Shown piece after piece: positions 13,163-26,287 of a stretch of DNA of 64,000 nucleotides (its first letter is position 1; every line of letters starts with the position of its first letter). Made by a program: the position numbers and the translations under genes. Source of the DNA: Octopus sinensis (Eukaryota); the NCBI RefSeq assembly GCF_006345805.1, contig NC_043001.1, positions 10,416,001-10,480,000 of the forward strand. The letters run 5' to 3'. The notes beneath the pieces are model-generated. The model ran no database searches and was not told the DNA's origin. It saw only the letters and a list, made by a program, of their open reading frames with translations.

Positions 13163-14681
13163 ATTTCTGCATACAATGATCTACATACACACACATGTCT
13201 GTACGTGTGTAGAAATGCATGCACCTACCCACCCTATTTTAAAACACTTATTAAAGATTTTACATTTGCATAATAATATCGTTAATCTTATATATATATA
13301 TTAACCACGCTTTTGATGGGCTTTTGTAGTAATCCCATTTACAGCTCATTAGCTAATCTGTTTGAAATATATTTGAAAAGCAAAATGGTATGTGTCGGTG
13401 GAATATAGAAACATTCTCAAAATGCAATAAATTATCAAACTTAAATTAATAATCTGTCCATTCATTTAATCTTTCATTTTCCATATTGGCATAGGTTAGA
13501 TTGGGAGGGGGGGGGCTATCTGAGGTAGAGTTTTATGGCCAGAAGCTCTTCATTTGCTTGAAAAGCAAGTAAGGTTTGCTGGATTCAATCTGTATCTGTC
13601 TTTCAAGTGAGGGGTTTTTAATATCACAGGTCTACGAAAGCTCAGGGCCACTAGTTATAGTGTCAACAAAGAATATAAGCCATTGGTTTTATATTTTTGC
13701 TACTGGTCTTTGGTAGTTTAAGCACATGTCCTTGCTGACTATTTTAATTATCTTGGGAAACGGAATTTCAACCGTGTTTCGGGGTCTGCTACCACAACAG
13801 CTTCTTTATAGGATCCAGTTAGCTCAAGACATCATCAGGAGGAACCACGTCCAGTTTCGGCCCTTACTCCTCTATCGTTTTGGCGTTGCAGGCCACCCCC
13901 CTTTCGGAGGTGTCTTCAGCTCTGGTGTTGGGTGCATGTCTTCTTTCTTCTGTTCCCTGGCCTCTTCGATGTAGCGTCAACGATTGTCTTTTTTATATCT
14001 TTGTTTACTGCTTGACTATAAACTTGAGTTTATAAAAACTTTAAGAATGTTTAATTCATCTTTTATTATTTTTCTTTTTTTATAATCCATTTTCCACATG
14101 AGAAGAGTATTGGGCTCGCAATCATAAAGTCATGGGTTCAACTCCTGAAGTAGGTGGTGCCTCATGTCTTTGAGCAAGGTCTTGCAAATGAGCATCAGTC
14201 AAGAGCTGGGGGTTCTTTCTCTCTCTCCACTTGTTACATCCTGGATGTTCTGCTGGATCAAAAGTGGCAAAGCAAAGTGTCTGTTTCCTACTAACAACAG
14301 AACTAAAACAGCAAAAGTAGTTACCAAGTCCTGCTGACTTAGAAGTGACAACTAGTTTTATTTTAACTATTTTTACTTACGATTTAGCTTGTTAAAGTAC
14401 ACTAATGTACGATATAAATTCATCTCAATTATTATAATAGAACGATTATATTAACTTACTAGCTCCTGTGGAGAGCTCTTCATTAGGCTATGGGCCCAAC
14501 AATAATACTTCATGCATTGAGTACATATTAGATTTTATTAAACTTGATCAATATTTTTCAAGCAATGAACAATTTTCATCAAAACAATGATATAATTTGT
14601 TGACTTGGAACTCATTGCAAAGCTGCATGATAAACAACAGTACACTACAACCATCGCCACCACATCTGCCATACACATACC

Positions 14682-14888
14682 TATTTCTTTACTACCCACA
14701 AGGGGCTAAACACAGAGGGGACAAACAAGGACAGACAAATGGATTAAGTCGATTATATCGACCCCAGTGAGTAACTGGTACTTATTTAATCGACCCCGAA
14801 AGGATGAAAGGCAAAGTTGACCTCGGCAGACGAAATACCACTAAGCATTTCGCCCGGCATGCTAACGTTTCTGCCAGCTCACTGCCTT
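14682..14888 (-). mobile_element. SINE family B with internal deletion of the B-box region
   Basis: 15-bp TSD tgccatacacatacc at 14667-14681 and 14889-14903. Confidence 0.85.
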
Positions 14889-14924
14889 TGCCATACACAT
14901 ACCATTCAACCTTTTTTTTTTATG

Positions 14925-15140
14925 GTAATGGGGTGATAGTAATAGTATGAACTGTAGTTGTGATAGAGGTGGATGTGGCGGTGATGATGGTGGTATCCAA
15001 GGGGGTCAGGGATGAGGTGAGAATAAGCAATGTGAACAACAGTGGTGATGGTGATAGAGGGGAAGGCGGCAAAGTCAAAGGTATTGATAGAGGTGGCATC
15101 AGAAGTGGCAGATGTGGTGGCGATGGTGGTGGTACTAAGA
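14925..15140. repeat. Degenerate GGT/GAT-rich low-complexity tract
   Basis: Purine-rich degenerate trinucleotides; source of spurious ORFs 14920/14960. Confidence 0.6.
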
Positions 15141-17419
15141 AAATAAATTTAGTGTTCAGTCCCTCTTTCTCTCTTATTATTACTCCCACTGCCACCATCA
15201 ACACTACATCAACAGTAGAAGTGTCTTTGAATTGTGAGAGAGGGGAGTCAGTGTGATACACTGACACACAGAAATTAGTTTTTTGCATTTATTATATTAG
15301 ATAATTATTTGTTTCTTATTTCATTTTATAGGGTTTTAAATTAGTAAAAGAATCTTTTTATTTTCTTCTTTATAAATGCATTACTTAAATTTATTGTATA
15401 TGAACTGGCGCCGAATCCTTGTAAAGCATTGATAACTAATATAAGGTTTCTCTCTGCATTTTTTGATGATCAGAGTGAAATAGATTCTCATTAACTTCAT
15501 TTTTTTTTTTAATCATCTATTGATATTCTATCCTAGAACTGCATTAATTTATTGGGTTTTACTAGATGCCAAGGATAAGTATTCTGTAGAACTCTTAGAG
15601 CCTAGAGCGATAATGAAATAGCTTTTGGTACATCTAGCCATTATAGAGAAACATTGTCTGTGCATTTTGTTCATTGGTAGACATCAATTTTTTTCTGCTT
15701 CATTTTCATTAAAAACTTCAGATATATTTTATAATTATTTGCTTTTAATTAATATTATATACACGATATCTTGTAACGGAACTAAATTGGTGCCAGTTTT
15801 GAAAGTTATTTATCATCAATTTAATAAAAATACTTTTTATATTAGTTACGTAGCTATATTAAATCTTTAAGCTAGTTACATTATGGTATTGATCGATTAA
15901 TTATTATTTTGTTTTTGGACTGATTTGCTAAATTAGATATTACTATAATTTAATTTCTCCTGATATTTCTATCGATATTACTGAACTTAATATAGTGTGC
16001 TCAATAAATTTTTCTGAAAATTAGCAGTTAACTATGTTTAATTAATATATTATTACATAATGTATACTGTATATTTGTGTTTATAATCTTATTGCTATGC
16101 TTTTGAGCAATACACTATCTCCTAGAAATATTACAAACTTTATATATATATCATACAGTTCTATATATTAATGATTAACTATTGAAATATATATTTTGGT
16201 GTTGGTCGAAAATATTTTTCAAGAAATATTTGCCATTTTAAAAATATTTTTCATATTTCGTCTTATTTCTTTTGCTTTATGTTTGTGTGTGTGTGTTTGT
16301 TTACTCTATACTTTTTAGAGTTTTAATTAATGTAATTCACCTTAATTACTGTATTGATAGTTATGTTCATTCTAAAATAAAAACTAACGAGTTTCAGGAA
16401 TTTGAATATTTGGTAGTAAAATCACATTTCAGTCGTCAGTAATTCGTAGTAATCTCACACTTTCTGTTATTTTTAACCAAGATTATACTTTTAAAATAAA
16501 ATCATTTTCTGTTGTAATTTTGTTTTTCTCATATATTTTTACTTTTATTTATTTATTTAGTTATTTATTTATTTGTAAACAGCTCTCCCATTCCACTCAG
16601 CTTTAACTTACATATAAATATAAACAACAAGTTGCCTAACACTATATTACCAATGTATCCCACAATATATTTTTTAAAAATTCAAGTGCTATATTTGTGT
16701 TATGCATTAATCGAAAGTTTTTTTAATCTCTGTGTATGTGTAGGTGTGTGTGTATAATATATCCATACATACATATATAAATGTCTATATATATATATAT
16801 ATATATATATTTATGTACGCCTGCATATGTATATGCATGCATATGTATGCATACGTGCTCACACACATACAAACAAACACACATGGTTATATCTGGGAAG
16901 TCATAATATAACCTATGATAGACACTCACCAATTGTTGTTTGTCTATATTTCTCTCCCCCCCCTTTTTTTTTCTCTCCAAAGCAGTTGATCTTTTGTTTA
17001 TGTCCCAAAAGCTTTTTTGACTCCATCAATCTCTATCCTTCACAATGTGTTATTTCTTTTAAATGCTTGGGTTTTAGCTTTTAACGTGTTTTTTTTTTTT
17101 CTTACTACGTCTCCATGGCTGGAAGCATATGAAACAACGATGTTTATTTGTTTCCATTTTCTCTCTATCCTTTTATTCTTGCTAACATCAGAATCACTGT
17201 GTTTGTGTATGTTAGTTGACTTTAGTTATTTGTGGATTTATTTTATCTTTACTCTTATATTATTGTCATGGTGCATTTTTGTTACAGGGCATTGTTATCC
17301 CACTTGTTGTTCATATTAAACGTGTGGGTGGGGTCTGCCTCCTGTATTTGTATAGCTTCAGACATCTATCATAAGCCTTGGTCTTTTGGTTATCCAGAAA
17401 GAAATTTTTTACTTTCACA

Positions 17420-17620
17420 TTTTTTATTGAGACATTGTATTTCTGTATGGCATGTCGAGAGACTATGGATAATTTTCTTTCATTCTACTCTCTCCAATGC
17501 GCTCTAAACCTTTCATGTTGGTTGCATTATGTCTCTCCTTCAGAGGCTGTAGTGGTGTTCCTACATTGTCTTTCCTTCATCTGATGTAGTACACAATGTC
17601 TTTAGCTTGGCAAATTTTTT
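17420..17620 (-). mobile_element. Possible decayed GIY-YIG endonuclease relic of a Penelope-like element
   Basis: Minus-strand ICQAKDIVYYIR*RKDNVGTPLQPLKERHN resembles the C..VY.I...YVG.T.QPL..R.N pattern. Confidence 0.3.
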
Positions 17621-18039
17621 TAGGGTTTATTGTATATATTTTGCTGTTGTTGTCAGTGCAAGGTGTTTTCTTAAATAGGTATGACATAAAAGTGACTCGA
17701 GGGATCTGCCTATTTTTATTACTACTTCCTTTTTGAAGTTTTGCGTCATGTAGTGCTTTCCTAAATTTACAGGCTAGTTAATTTCTGGATGTAGCATTAA
17801 TGAATGTCACATGTTGAAATTGGTTTTTCTCATACTAGGGGTTCTCTTGTTCAGCTTTTTCTTTTTAATCTTTTTCCTGTCAAATCTGTTCCAGAATTTA
17901 CTTACATACATGGAGCAACTCCATTAACATCATTTCTGAAGATGGTTTCAAACTCTTCACTGGCTCCTTTGTATTCTCTGATCCAGTATCTGTTTCATGC
18001 AGAGAATTGTATGAGGTATATGAAATCTTGTATATACTC

Positions 18040-18232
18040 TGGCCCTTGTGCCGGCGTCATGTAAAAGCATCCACTGCACTCTCGGAGTGGTCAGCATTAG
18101 GAAGGGCATCCAGCTGTAGAAACTTTGTTATATCAGAATGAGCCTGGTGCAGCCTCTGGGTCACCAATCCTCAGTCAAACCGTCCAACCCATGCCAGCAT
18201 GGAAAGCGGACGTTAAACGATGATGATGATGA
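18040..18232 (+). mobile_element. Family C (RTE 3' end)
   Basis: Same 3' module and (GAT)n tail; an opposite-strand copy lies at about 18437-18625. Confidence 0.75.
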
Positions 18233-18859
18233 CTCTCTTCATTCAAAGTGTGGGCACTTATGAGATACATTTTTCAAGATCTTTATTAGGTTTGCTATCA
18301 AGGCATATATTTTAGCATATGCTGACATATCAAAGATCCAGAGGACAAGGTGCTTAAATGGGTAGGGCTTTCATATTATATGAATGAAGAATTTTTTTCT
18401 TGCCACTCATAATTTCTAGCCATAATTCTCTATTTCATCATCATCATCATCATCATTTAACATCCGTTTTCCATGCTAGCAGTCTGCTCTGGCAGTGTTT
18501 CTGTAGCTGGATGCCCTTCCTAACGCCAACCACTCCATGAGTGTAGTGGGTGCTTTTTATGTGCCACCAGCACAGAAGCCATTCAAGGCAGCACTTCTGT
18601 ACCGGTGGCACGTAAAAAGCACCAACCGATCATTTTATTTAGAACATATTATTTAGAACTGATAAATTTTGTTGCTATTTTGGTTAGGGTATCAGTGGTG
18701 ATTTTAAAGCTTTTTTGGATAGACTATGCTGTGTGCTGGAACTTTTCCATTGTATCTTTTTCTATTTCCTGTGTGTCATCTCGTGGAGTGGTTTTAAACA
18801 CAGTATTCGTGCCCTCTGCATATCTAGAATACGTCTGTTGATACCATGAAAACATGTAT

Positions 18860-19048
18860 CTGTGTGTGTGTGTGGATGTATGCTTATGCACGTGTATGTG
18901 TGTATATTTCTATATATATATACACACACATATACGGGCATATATACATATATATGTGTGTGTGTATGTATGTATGTATATGTATTTATGCATGCAGTTT
19001 TATACATGCCTTTGTGTGTGCATGTATATATGTGTGGTGCACACACAC

Positions 19049-19083
<35 letters not shown>

Positions 19084-19100
19084 CACACGTGTATGTGTCT
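18860..19100. repeat. Compound TG/TA/CA microsatellite
   Basis: Direct reading. Confidence 0.9.
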
Positions 19101-21060
19101 GCACATATCAATATTGTATGGTACGGTGCATATTCCTCAAAATTACAATGGTATAAAAGAACAAAAGTACATATTTTATAAGAACCATTTTTCGAAATGG
19201 CTTTGTACAAACGTGTATGTATTTTATTCTATTTTTTGTAGTGTACTATATAATTTTGTATTAGTTCTTTTTTTTAAATTTTATACCATAAAATAGTGGA
19301 ATCGGCACTCATATGCCTAAACACACTCGAAATCCATCGAATAAGAAATATATCTGAAACATAATTTGTGAATTATTGAATAATGTTTTGCATAGTCATG
19401 ACACTTTGCGACTTTAAAGCATGTATTTACCGTTTCCATGTCAATACATTGACAAATTTACATATATCTATGTTTCCACACTACTATAGAATTGCTCGTT
19501 TTAACTGTGAACACCATTGTATATGAACAAAAAGGAAACAATTTCATAACATCGTGTTTTCTTTGTAAACCTGATTAACATTTTCAGAAGCTTTTTTTTA
19601 TTTTACTATTATCTGAACTACCTTATTCCTTATTTTTCACTGTGAACATCGTAGCAGTAGCAGTATTAGTATCATTGTTGTTGCCAGCATCTCTTCGAAC
19701 AATGGTGCCATAAATGTTGGCAGAGTGGTTAGCAAACTTCTTTTTTTTTTAATAGGCCATTAATTACCAAAATGTCACCGTATTACTTTGTGACAATAGC
19801 CATGTTTTATGGTTATGGCTTGGTATAAAAGTATATTTATAATTTCATTAGAATATAATTTTTTGAAATTCTTACACCACTCTATCTGTTATGTGTATTT
19901 AAAAACACATCAACAAGAATATCAGTTTTCTTCTTTCAACTCTTTGTCTCTCATCCGCCACCACCTACACACATTCTGCTGTTACTCTTGTCTCTGTTAC
20001 TCATATATTACCTGCAACAGACACTTTGAAAGGAAAATATTGTTCTGTATCATCAGTATTTGACTAAGCAAAAATATGCTGCAACTTATTAAATTGATTT
20101 CAAATTTTGACACATAGACAGCAGTTTCGAAGGAGGGGGTAAATTGATTATAAATTAAGTACCAGTTTCGTCCTGGGGTCGTTCTAATCGACTGGCCCCC
20201 TCCCCAAAAATTTCAGGCCTTGTGCCTTGAGTAAAAAAAAAAAAGAAAAAAAATCTTGTACTGCCCTGCTAGTCAGGAACAACATGTAACTTAAATATAA
20301 AAGTTATTTCAAACGTTACACATCACAATTGGTGAGGATTTTTTTCCTAGCTATCTCATATGTACAGCATGGCAAATGTCTGCTAGAATCTGTCTGCTAG
20401 ATGGAGTTAAAAGTAAACAGACCACAGTAATTATTCATATACTTTTCTCACCACCACCACCACTGCAACATCTGCAGTTGTTTGAATCGGCATGAAGTTA
20501 ATCATTACGAGATATTGTATAGCCACCATTTTGCTCTCCTGTTATCCACACTATTATCAAATAATATCTTCAACTCAAACCCATGCTTCCTAATCACTAA
20601 TAACATGTCAAGGATGCAAACTAAACATCTTTATTACAAATTAAGGAACTCCTACCAAAGCATCTCTGATGTAACCTCTCTAATAATTGCAGCGACTGCT
20701 ATCAATTGATAATTTTGGTTTCTTTGCTGCAATGTAACTCGAGTAATAAACAACTCTCATTCACTAAGTTCACGGAAGGACTTTCTTTTAGGTTTCTATG
20801 AAACAACATTAGCCTGTATTTATTTCTATTGGATTTATTTGACTCTATCCATGATGGAGAGTAGGAGAGTGGTGAGTAGGCCAGATGAGTGACCGCAGAG
20901 TGGAGGGTGTAGTCACTTATCCTTTTGCAATATTGCAAACTGATTTGGTTTTAAGAAATATCAACTTCTCTTATTGATTTACTGGTCTTACAACAGCTTT
21001 AGCCATGATACAATCTATGCACTGAATACTGAAAATGAAGGAAATTGTTTGCAGGAAGTG

Positions 21061-21226
21061 AGGCGCAGGAGTGGCTGTGTGGTAAGTAGCTTGCTAAACA
21101 GCCACATGGTTCCGGGTTCAGTCCCACTGCGTGGCATCTTGGGCAAGTGTCTTCTGCTTTAGCCCCGGGCCGACCAATGCCTTGTGAGTGGATTTGGTAG
21201 ACGGAAACTGAAAGAAGCCTGTCGTA

Positions 21227-21269
<43 letters not shown>

Positions 21270-21491
21270 ATTTGTGTGTCTGTGTTTGTCCCCCTAGCAT
21301 TGCTTGACAACCGATGCTGGTGTGTTTACGTCCCCGTCACTTAGCGGTTCGGCAAAAAGAGACCGATAGAATAAGTACTGGGCTTACAAAGAATAAGTCC
21401 CGGGGTCGATTTGCTCGATTAAAGGCGGTGCTCCAGCATGGCCGCAGTCAAATGACTGAAACAAGTAAAAGAGTACAAAGAGTAAAAGAGT
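21061..21491 (+). mobile_element. SINE family A, young subfamily
   Basis: Diagnostic tagccccgggccgaccaatgcc and ccccctagcattgcttgac. Confidence 0.88.
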
Positions 21492-21523
21492 AAATGAATT
21501 TTATAAAGATATGGCATCATCAT

Positions 21524-21945
21524 CATCACCATCATCATTTAACATCTGTTTTACATGCTGGCATGGGTTGGATGGGTTGACAGGAAGATGGCGAGGCTGG
21601 AGAGCTACCTGGGTTCCATTTGTCTATTTTGGCCTGGATTTTATGGCTGGATGCCTTTCCTAATGCCAGCCACTTTACAGAGTGTACTGATTGCTCTTAA
21701 TGTGACACTGACAAAGGCACTTTTATGTGACACTGACAAAGGCACTTTTATGTGACACCAGCACAAGTGATTTTGCATGACACCAACACCCGTGAGCCTG
21801 CAAGACTTGGACCTCTCAGCTGAGAGAGCAATGTAGAGGACTCGTCTTTATGGATGGTCATGATTTTATTTAGCTTGATGTGTCTTCGCAACTACAGCAA
21901 ACTTCCAGAAGTCTTGGTCTCATGTCTTCTTCTCTGTGAAGCCCA
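21524..21945 (-). mobile_element. 5'-truncated RTE LINE 3' end
   Basis: Minus strand KMGFTEKKT*DQDFWKFAVVAKTHQAK* followed by UTR and (GAT)n tail. Confidence 0.65.
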
Positions 21946-21961
21946 TTTTTAAAAATCTCTT

Positions 21962-22430
21962 AGAGGGAGACCCAGGAAGACATGGGATGAGATGGTGAAG
22001 CATGAGCTTTGAACGTTGGACCTCACAGAGTCAATGACAAAAGACCAAAACCTCTGGAGGTATGCTGTGACTGAGAAGACCTGGCAAATAAAGTGAGTTC
22101 ACAGCTGTAACCTACACCAGTGTCACATAACCAACCCACCCAAAAGTACCTTGGATCGTAGGGTGACATGCCATGCTTGAGAAGACCTATTGAGTCAAGT
22201 ACATCAACATCAAAATCAAATGAAATGGAAATTGTAGTTGTGACCCCTGTGCCAGTAGCATGTAAAAAGCACCATCCGAACATAGCCAATGCTAGTGCCA
22301 CTTTCACTGGCTTCCATATTGGTGGCACGTAAAAGGCACCATCCAATCGTAGTTGATGTCGGCTCCTCTGGCCCCTGTGCCGGTGGCTATTTTTGTTTAA
22401 GAATAAATATATATACATACATAAACACAC
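21962..22430 (+). mobile_element. 5'-truncated RTE LINE: ORF2 C-terminus (21962-22096) plus 3' UTR leading into family C repeats
   Basis: RGRPRKTWDEMVKHEL*TLDLTESMTKDQNLWRYAVTEKTWQIK*; GRPRKTW is typical of RTE-clade ORF2 ends. Confidence 0.75.
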
Positions 22431-22463
22431 ACATAACGTGTGCATGTGTATATTCTGTTATTC

Positions 22464-22853
22464 CCTTACTTGTTTCAGTCATTTGACTGTGGCCATGCTG
22501 GAGCACCACCTTTTAGTCGAGCAAATCGACCCCAGGACTTATTCTTTGTAAGCCTAGTACTTATTCTATTGTTATGAACTGTTATGTTATGGGGACATAA
22601 ACATACCAGCATTGGATGTCAAGCGATGTTGGGGGAACAAACACAGACACACAAACATATACACATACATACATATGTATATACATATATACGATGGGCT
22701 TCTTTCAGTTTCTGTCTACCAAATCCACTCAAGGATTTGGTCAGCCCGAGACTATAGTAAAAGACTTTTGCCCAAGGTGCCATGCAGTCAGACTGAACCT
22801 GGAACCATGTGGTTGGTAAGCAAGCTACTTACCACACAGTCACTCCTGCACCT
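22464..22853 (-). mobile_element. SINE family A, older subfamily
   Basis: Match to other copies; a SINE B (22870-23094, minus) lies immediately adjacent in a (TA)n tract. Confidence 0.85.
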
Positions 22854-23094
22854 GTATATATATATATATATTTTTACTACCCACAAGGGGCTAAACACAG
22901 ATTTGACAAACAAGGACAGACATAGGTATTAAGTCGATTATATCGACCCCAGTGTGTAACTAGTACTTAATTTATCAACCCCGAAAGGATGAAAGGCAAA
23001 GTTGACCTCAGCGGAATTTGAACAAAGAACCTAACGACAGACGAAATACGGCTACGCATTTCGCCCGGCGTTCTAACGTTTCTGCCAGCTCGCC

Positions 23095-23126
<32 letters not shown>

Positions 23127-23379
23127 TTACGTGTGCATGTGTGTGTATGTTCAAAACAATCTAATACTTCTAGGAAAGTATTATTAAACACTTTTTAGCA
23201 AAGGAATTCATGATACCATGCTTAGTCTTTCTGTCTTGAGTTTGGCATAAAATTCTTCAACTTGTACATGAGAAAAGCAGTGTTCTTACAGCAGCAGTCC
23301 AGCCACCTTCAAAATTTGGTCTTGGTTTAGATATTGATGGATATTGCAAAGCTTAAGTATATAAATCTAAATCAAAATC

Positions 23380-23932
23380 AATTCGCTGACTAGCATTCGT
23401 GCTAGCGGGGTGCAAAGAGCACCATACGAGTGTAATCATTGACAGAGTGGCTAACCAGCTTCCGTGCCAGTGGCACATAAAAGGGCACCATTCAAGTATG
23501 ATCATTACCAGCGTCGCCTTACGGGCACTTGTGCCTGTGCTAGTAGGGTGCCAAGAGCACTATCCGTGCATGATCGTTGCCAGAGCAGCCAGCTGGCTTC
23601 CGTGCCCGTAGCACGTAAAACGGCACCATTCGAGCGTGATCATTACCAACGTCGCTTCATTGGCACCTGTGCCAGTGGCATGTGTAAAAAGATTCGAGCG
23701 AGGTCATTGCCAGTACAGCCTGATTGGGTCCCATGCCGGTAGCATGTAAAAAGCATCCACTACACTCTCGGAGAGGTTGGCATTAGGAAGGGCATTGAGC
23801 TGTAGAAACTATGCCAAATCAAGATTGGAGCCTGGTGCAGCCATATGGTTTGCCAGCCCTCAGTCAAAACCGTCCAACCCATGCTAGCATGGAAGCAGAC
23901 GTTAAACGATGATGATGATGATGATGATGATG
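23380..23932 (+). mobile_element. Long family C (RTE 3' UTR with internal tandem units) and (GAT)n tail
   Basis: Repeated gtgccagtggcac...aaaa-gcacca units followed by the common 3' module. Confidence 0.78.
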
Positions 23933-23989
23933 TATGAATTTCAGATTTCTGGAACTGAAATGGCCTAATCAACCAAATGGTTATAAAGT

Positions 23990-24345
23990 GATGAAAACAT
24001 TTTACATTGTGAAACTTTTTTTTACACAAAGATCATTACATAAAAATATTACTGGTTTATTATTACTGAGATTTGTAGGAAACCATTTTCTGTGCAACAC
24101 ATGGTCTTTATTACAATGAAATGCACAATAAGGAGAAGACTTACCACTGTGAAATATGTGAGAAATATTTTGTCTATAACAGTATTTTGACAAAACACAA
24201 AAGAATATGCACTGGAACAAAACTATTTCTCTGTGAATGTGTAAGAAATCTTCCATTAAGAATTCGAGATTTGCTCTCTAGAAATTTAGTTAAACGGGAG
24301 AAAACCCTTTCATTGTAAACAGTATGAAAAATCCTTTGTCTCTCG
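23990..24345 (+). pseudogene. Decayed C2H2 zinc-finger array (3-4 fingers)
   Basis: HNKEKTYHCEICEKYFVYNSILTKHKRICTGTKLFLCEC (24124-24240), frameshifted GEK-PFHCKQYEKSF (about 24296-24338), upstream EICRKPFS trace. Confidence 0.8.
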
Positions 24346-24490
24346 CGTTTATTTTAACAATACAAAAATTTCAATCCATATTTTGCTTCTGGTGACAAAT
24401 ATATGTAAACAGGTGTTACGTTTGCATGTTTACCTATATATATACATGTTTATTTAAAAATTTTTTTTTTGCACAAACATACATATATGT

Positions 24491-24888
24491 AGGCGCAGGA
24501 GTGGCTGTGTGGTAAGTAGCTTGCTAACCAACCACATGGTTCCGGGTTCAGTCCCACTGCGTGGCATCTTGGGCAAGTGTCTTCTGCTATAGCCCCGGGC
24601 CGACCAATGCCTTGTGAGTGGATTTGGTCGACGGAAACTGAAAGAAGCCTGTCGTATATATGTATATATATATGTATGTGTGTTTGTCTATGTTTGTCCC
24701 CCTAGCATTGCTTGACAACCGATGCTGATGTGTTTACATCCCCGTCACTTAGCGGTTCGGCAAAAGAGACCGATAGAATAAGTACTGGGCTTACAAAGAA
24801 TAAGTCCCGGGGTCGATTTGCTCGACTAAAGGAGGTGCTCCAGCATGGCCACAGTCAAATGACTGAAACAAGTAAAAGAGTAAAAGAG
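24491..24888 (+). mobile_element. SINE family A, young subfamily, with ~50-bp flanking direct repeat
   Basis: Flanks 24442-24490 and 24890-24942. Confidence 0.88.
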
Positions 24889-25345
24889 CATACATGTTTG
24901 TTTTATTTTATTTTTTTTTTTTGCTCAAACATACATATATGTTTCTTCTAAAACTAACGAATAATGGTAAAGTGGAGCTGTCACCAAGCAATAGGAGGGG
25001 AGAGGAAAAGGCTAAGCAATATGCTTGGAAGCATTTCTTGAATAGAAGATAGATCTGTAAAATAAAATATTAGATACATTCATGCTCTGCGCTGCAACCA
25101 GTACACTTGTTGACGGGGGTTATAGAATAGAATTTTTAATAAATATAGTATTTTGTGCTTTCCTTTTTTTTTTTCTTTTCTTTTTTCATCTACATATTAA
25201 TTCTGCTGATATTCATGTTATGGTTATTTCACTAAATTAACATGTATGTACATGCGTGTATTTAAGTAAGCATATTTCTTGCGTGTATAATTTTTTTAGT
25301 CAACTGAAGTATTCTTATATGTGTTTGTATGTGTATAGATAATAT

Positions 25346-25756
25346 AGGTGCAGGAGTGGCTGTGTGGTAAGTAGCTTGTTTACCAACCACATGGTTCCGG
25401 GTTCAGCCTTGTGAGTGGATTTGGTAGATGGAAACTGAAAGAAGCCTGTCATATATATGTATATATATATATGTGTGTGCGTGTGTGAGGCCAGGGCGTG
25501 TATTTGAATTACAGGAACAATTATATATATATATGTGTGTGTGCGTGTGTGTGTGTGTTTGTGTATCTGTGTAGCATTGCTTGACAACCGATGCTGGTGT
25601 GTTTATGTCCCTGTCACTTAGCGGTTCAGCAAAAGAGACCGATAGAATAAGTACTGGGCTTACAAAGAATAAGTCCCGGGGTCGAGTTGCTCGATTAAAG
25701 GCGGTGCTCCAGCATGGCTGCAGTCAAATGACTGAAACAAGTAAAAGAGAAAAGAG
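25346..25756 (+). mobile_element. SINE family A, young subfamily, internal deletion
   Basis: gttcag|ccttgtgag junction lacks about 60 bp. Confidence 0.82.
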
Positions 25757-25852
25757 AATAGCTTTGCAACATTGGTTTCGTCAGAACCAGAATTTTGAAC
25801 AATCCAAGGAAAAAAACAAGAATTAAAAGAAGTAATGGCTGTATTTTAGCAC

Positions 25853-26287
25853 CTCTTTTACTCTTTTACTCTTTTACTTGTTTCAGTCATTTGACTGTGG
25901 CCATGCTGGAGCACCGCCTTTAGTCGAGCAACTCGACCCCGGGACTTATTCTTTTTGTAAGCCCAGCACTTATTCTATCAGACTCTTTTGCCAAACTGCT
26001 AAGTGACGGGGACGTAAACACACCAGCATCAGTTGTCAAGCAATGCTAGGGGAACAAACACAGACACACAAACACAGACACACAAACACATACACACACA
26101 TACATATATATATACATATATACGACGGGCTTCTTTCAGTTTCCGTCTACCAAATCCACTCACAAGGCATTGGTCGGCCCGGGGCTATAGCAGAAGACAC
26201 TTGCCCAAGATGCCACGCAGTGGGACTGAACCCGGAACCATGTGGTTGGTTAGCAAGCTCCTTACCACACAGCCACTCCTGCGCCTA
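25853..26287 (-). mobile_element. SINE family A, young subfamily, tail-to-tail with the 25346 copy
   Basis: Full-length match. Confidence 0.88.

Noticed and set aside
14920-15288. Pro/Thr-rich and Gly-rich ORFs on opposite strands
   Set aside because: Degenerate GGT/GAT low-complexity DNA with no splice signals.
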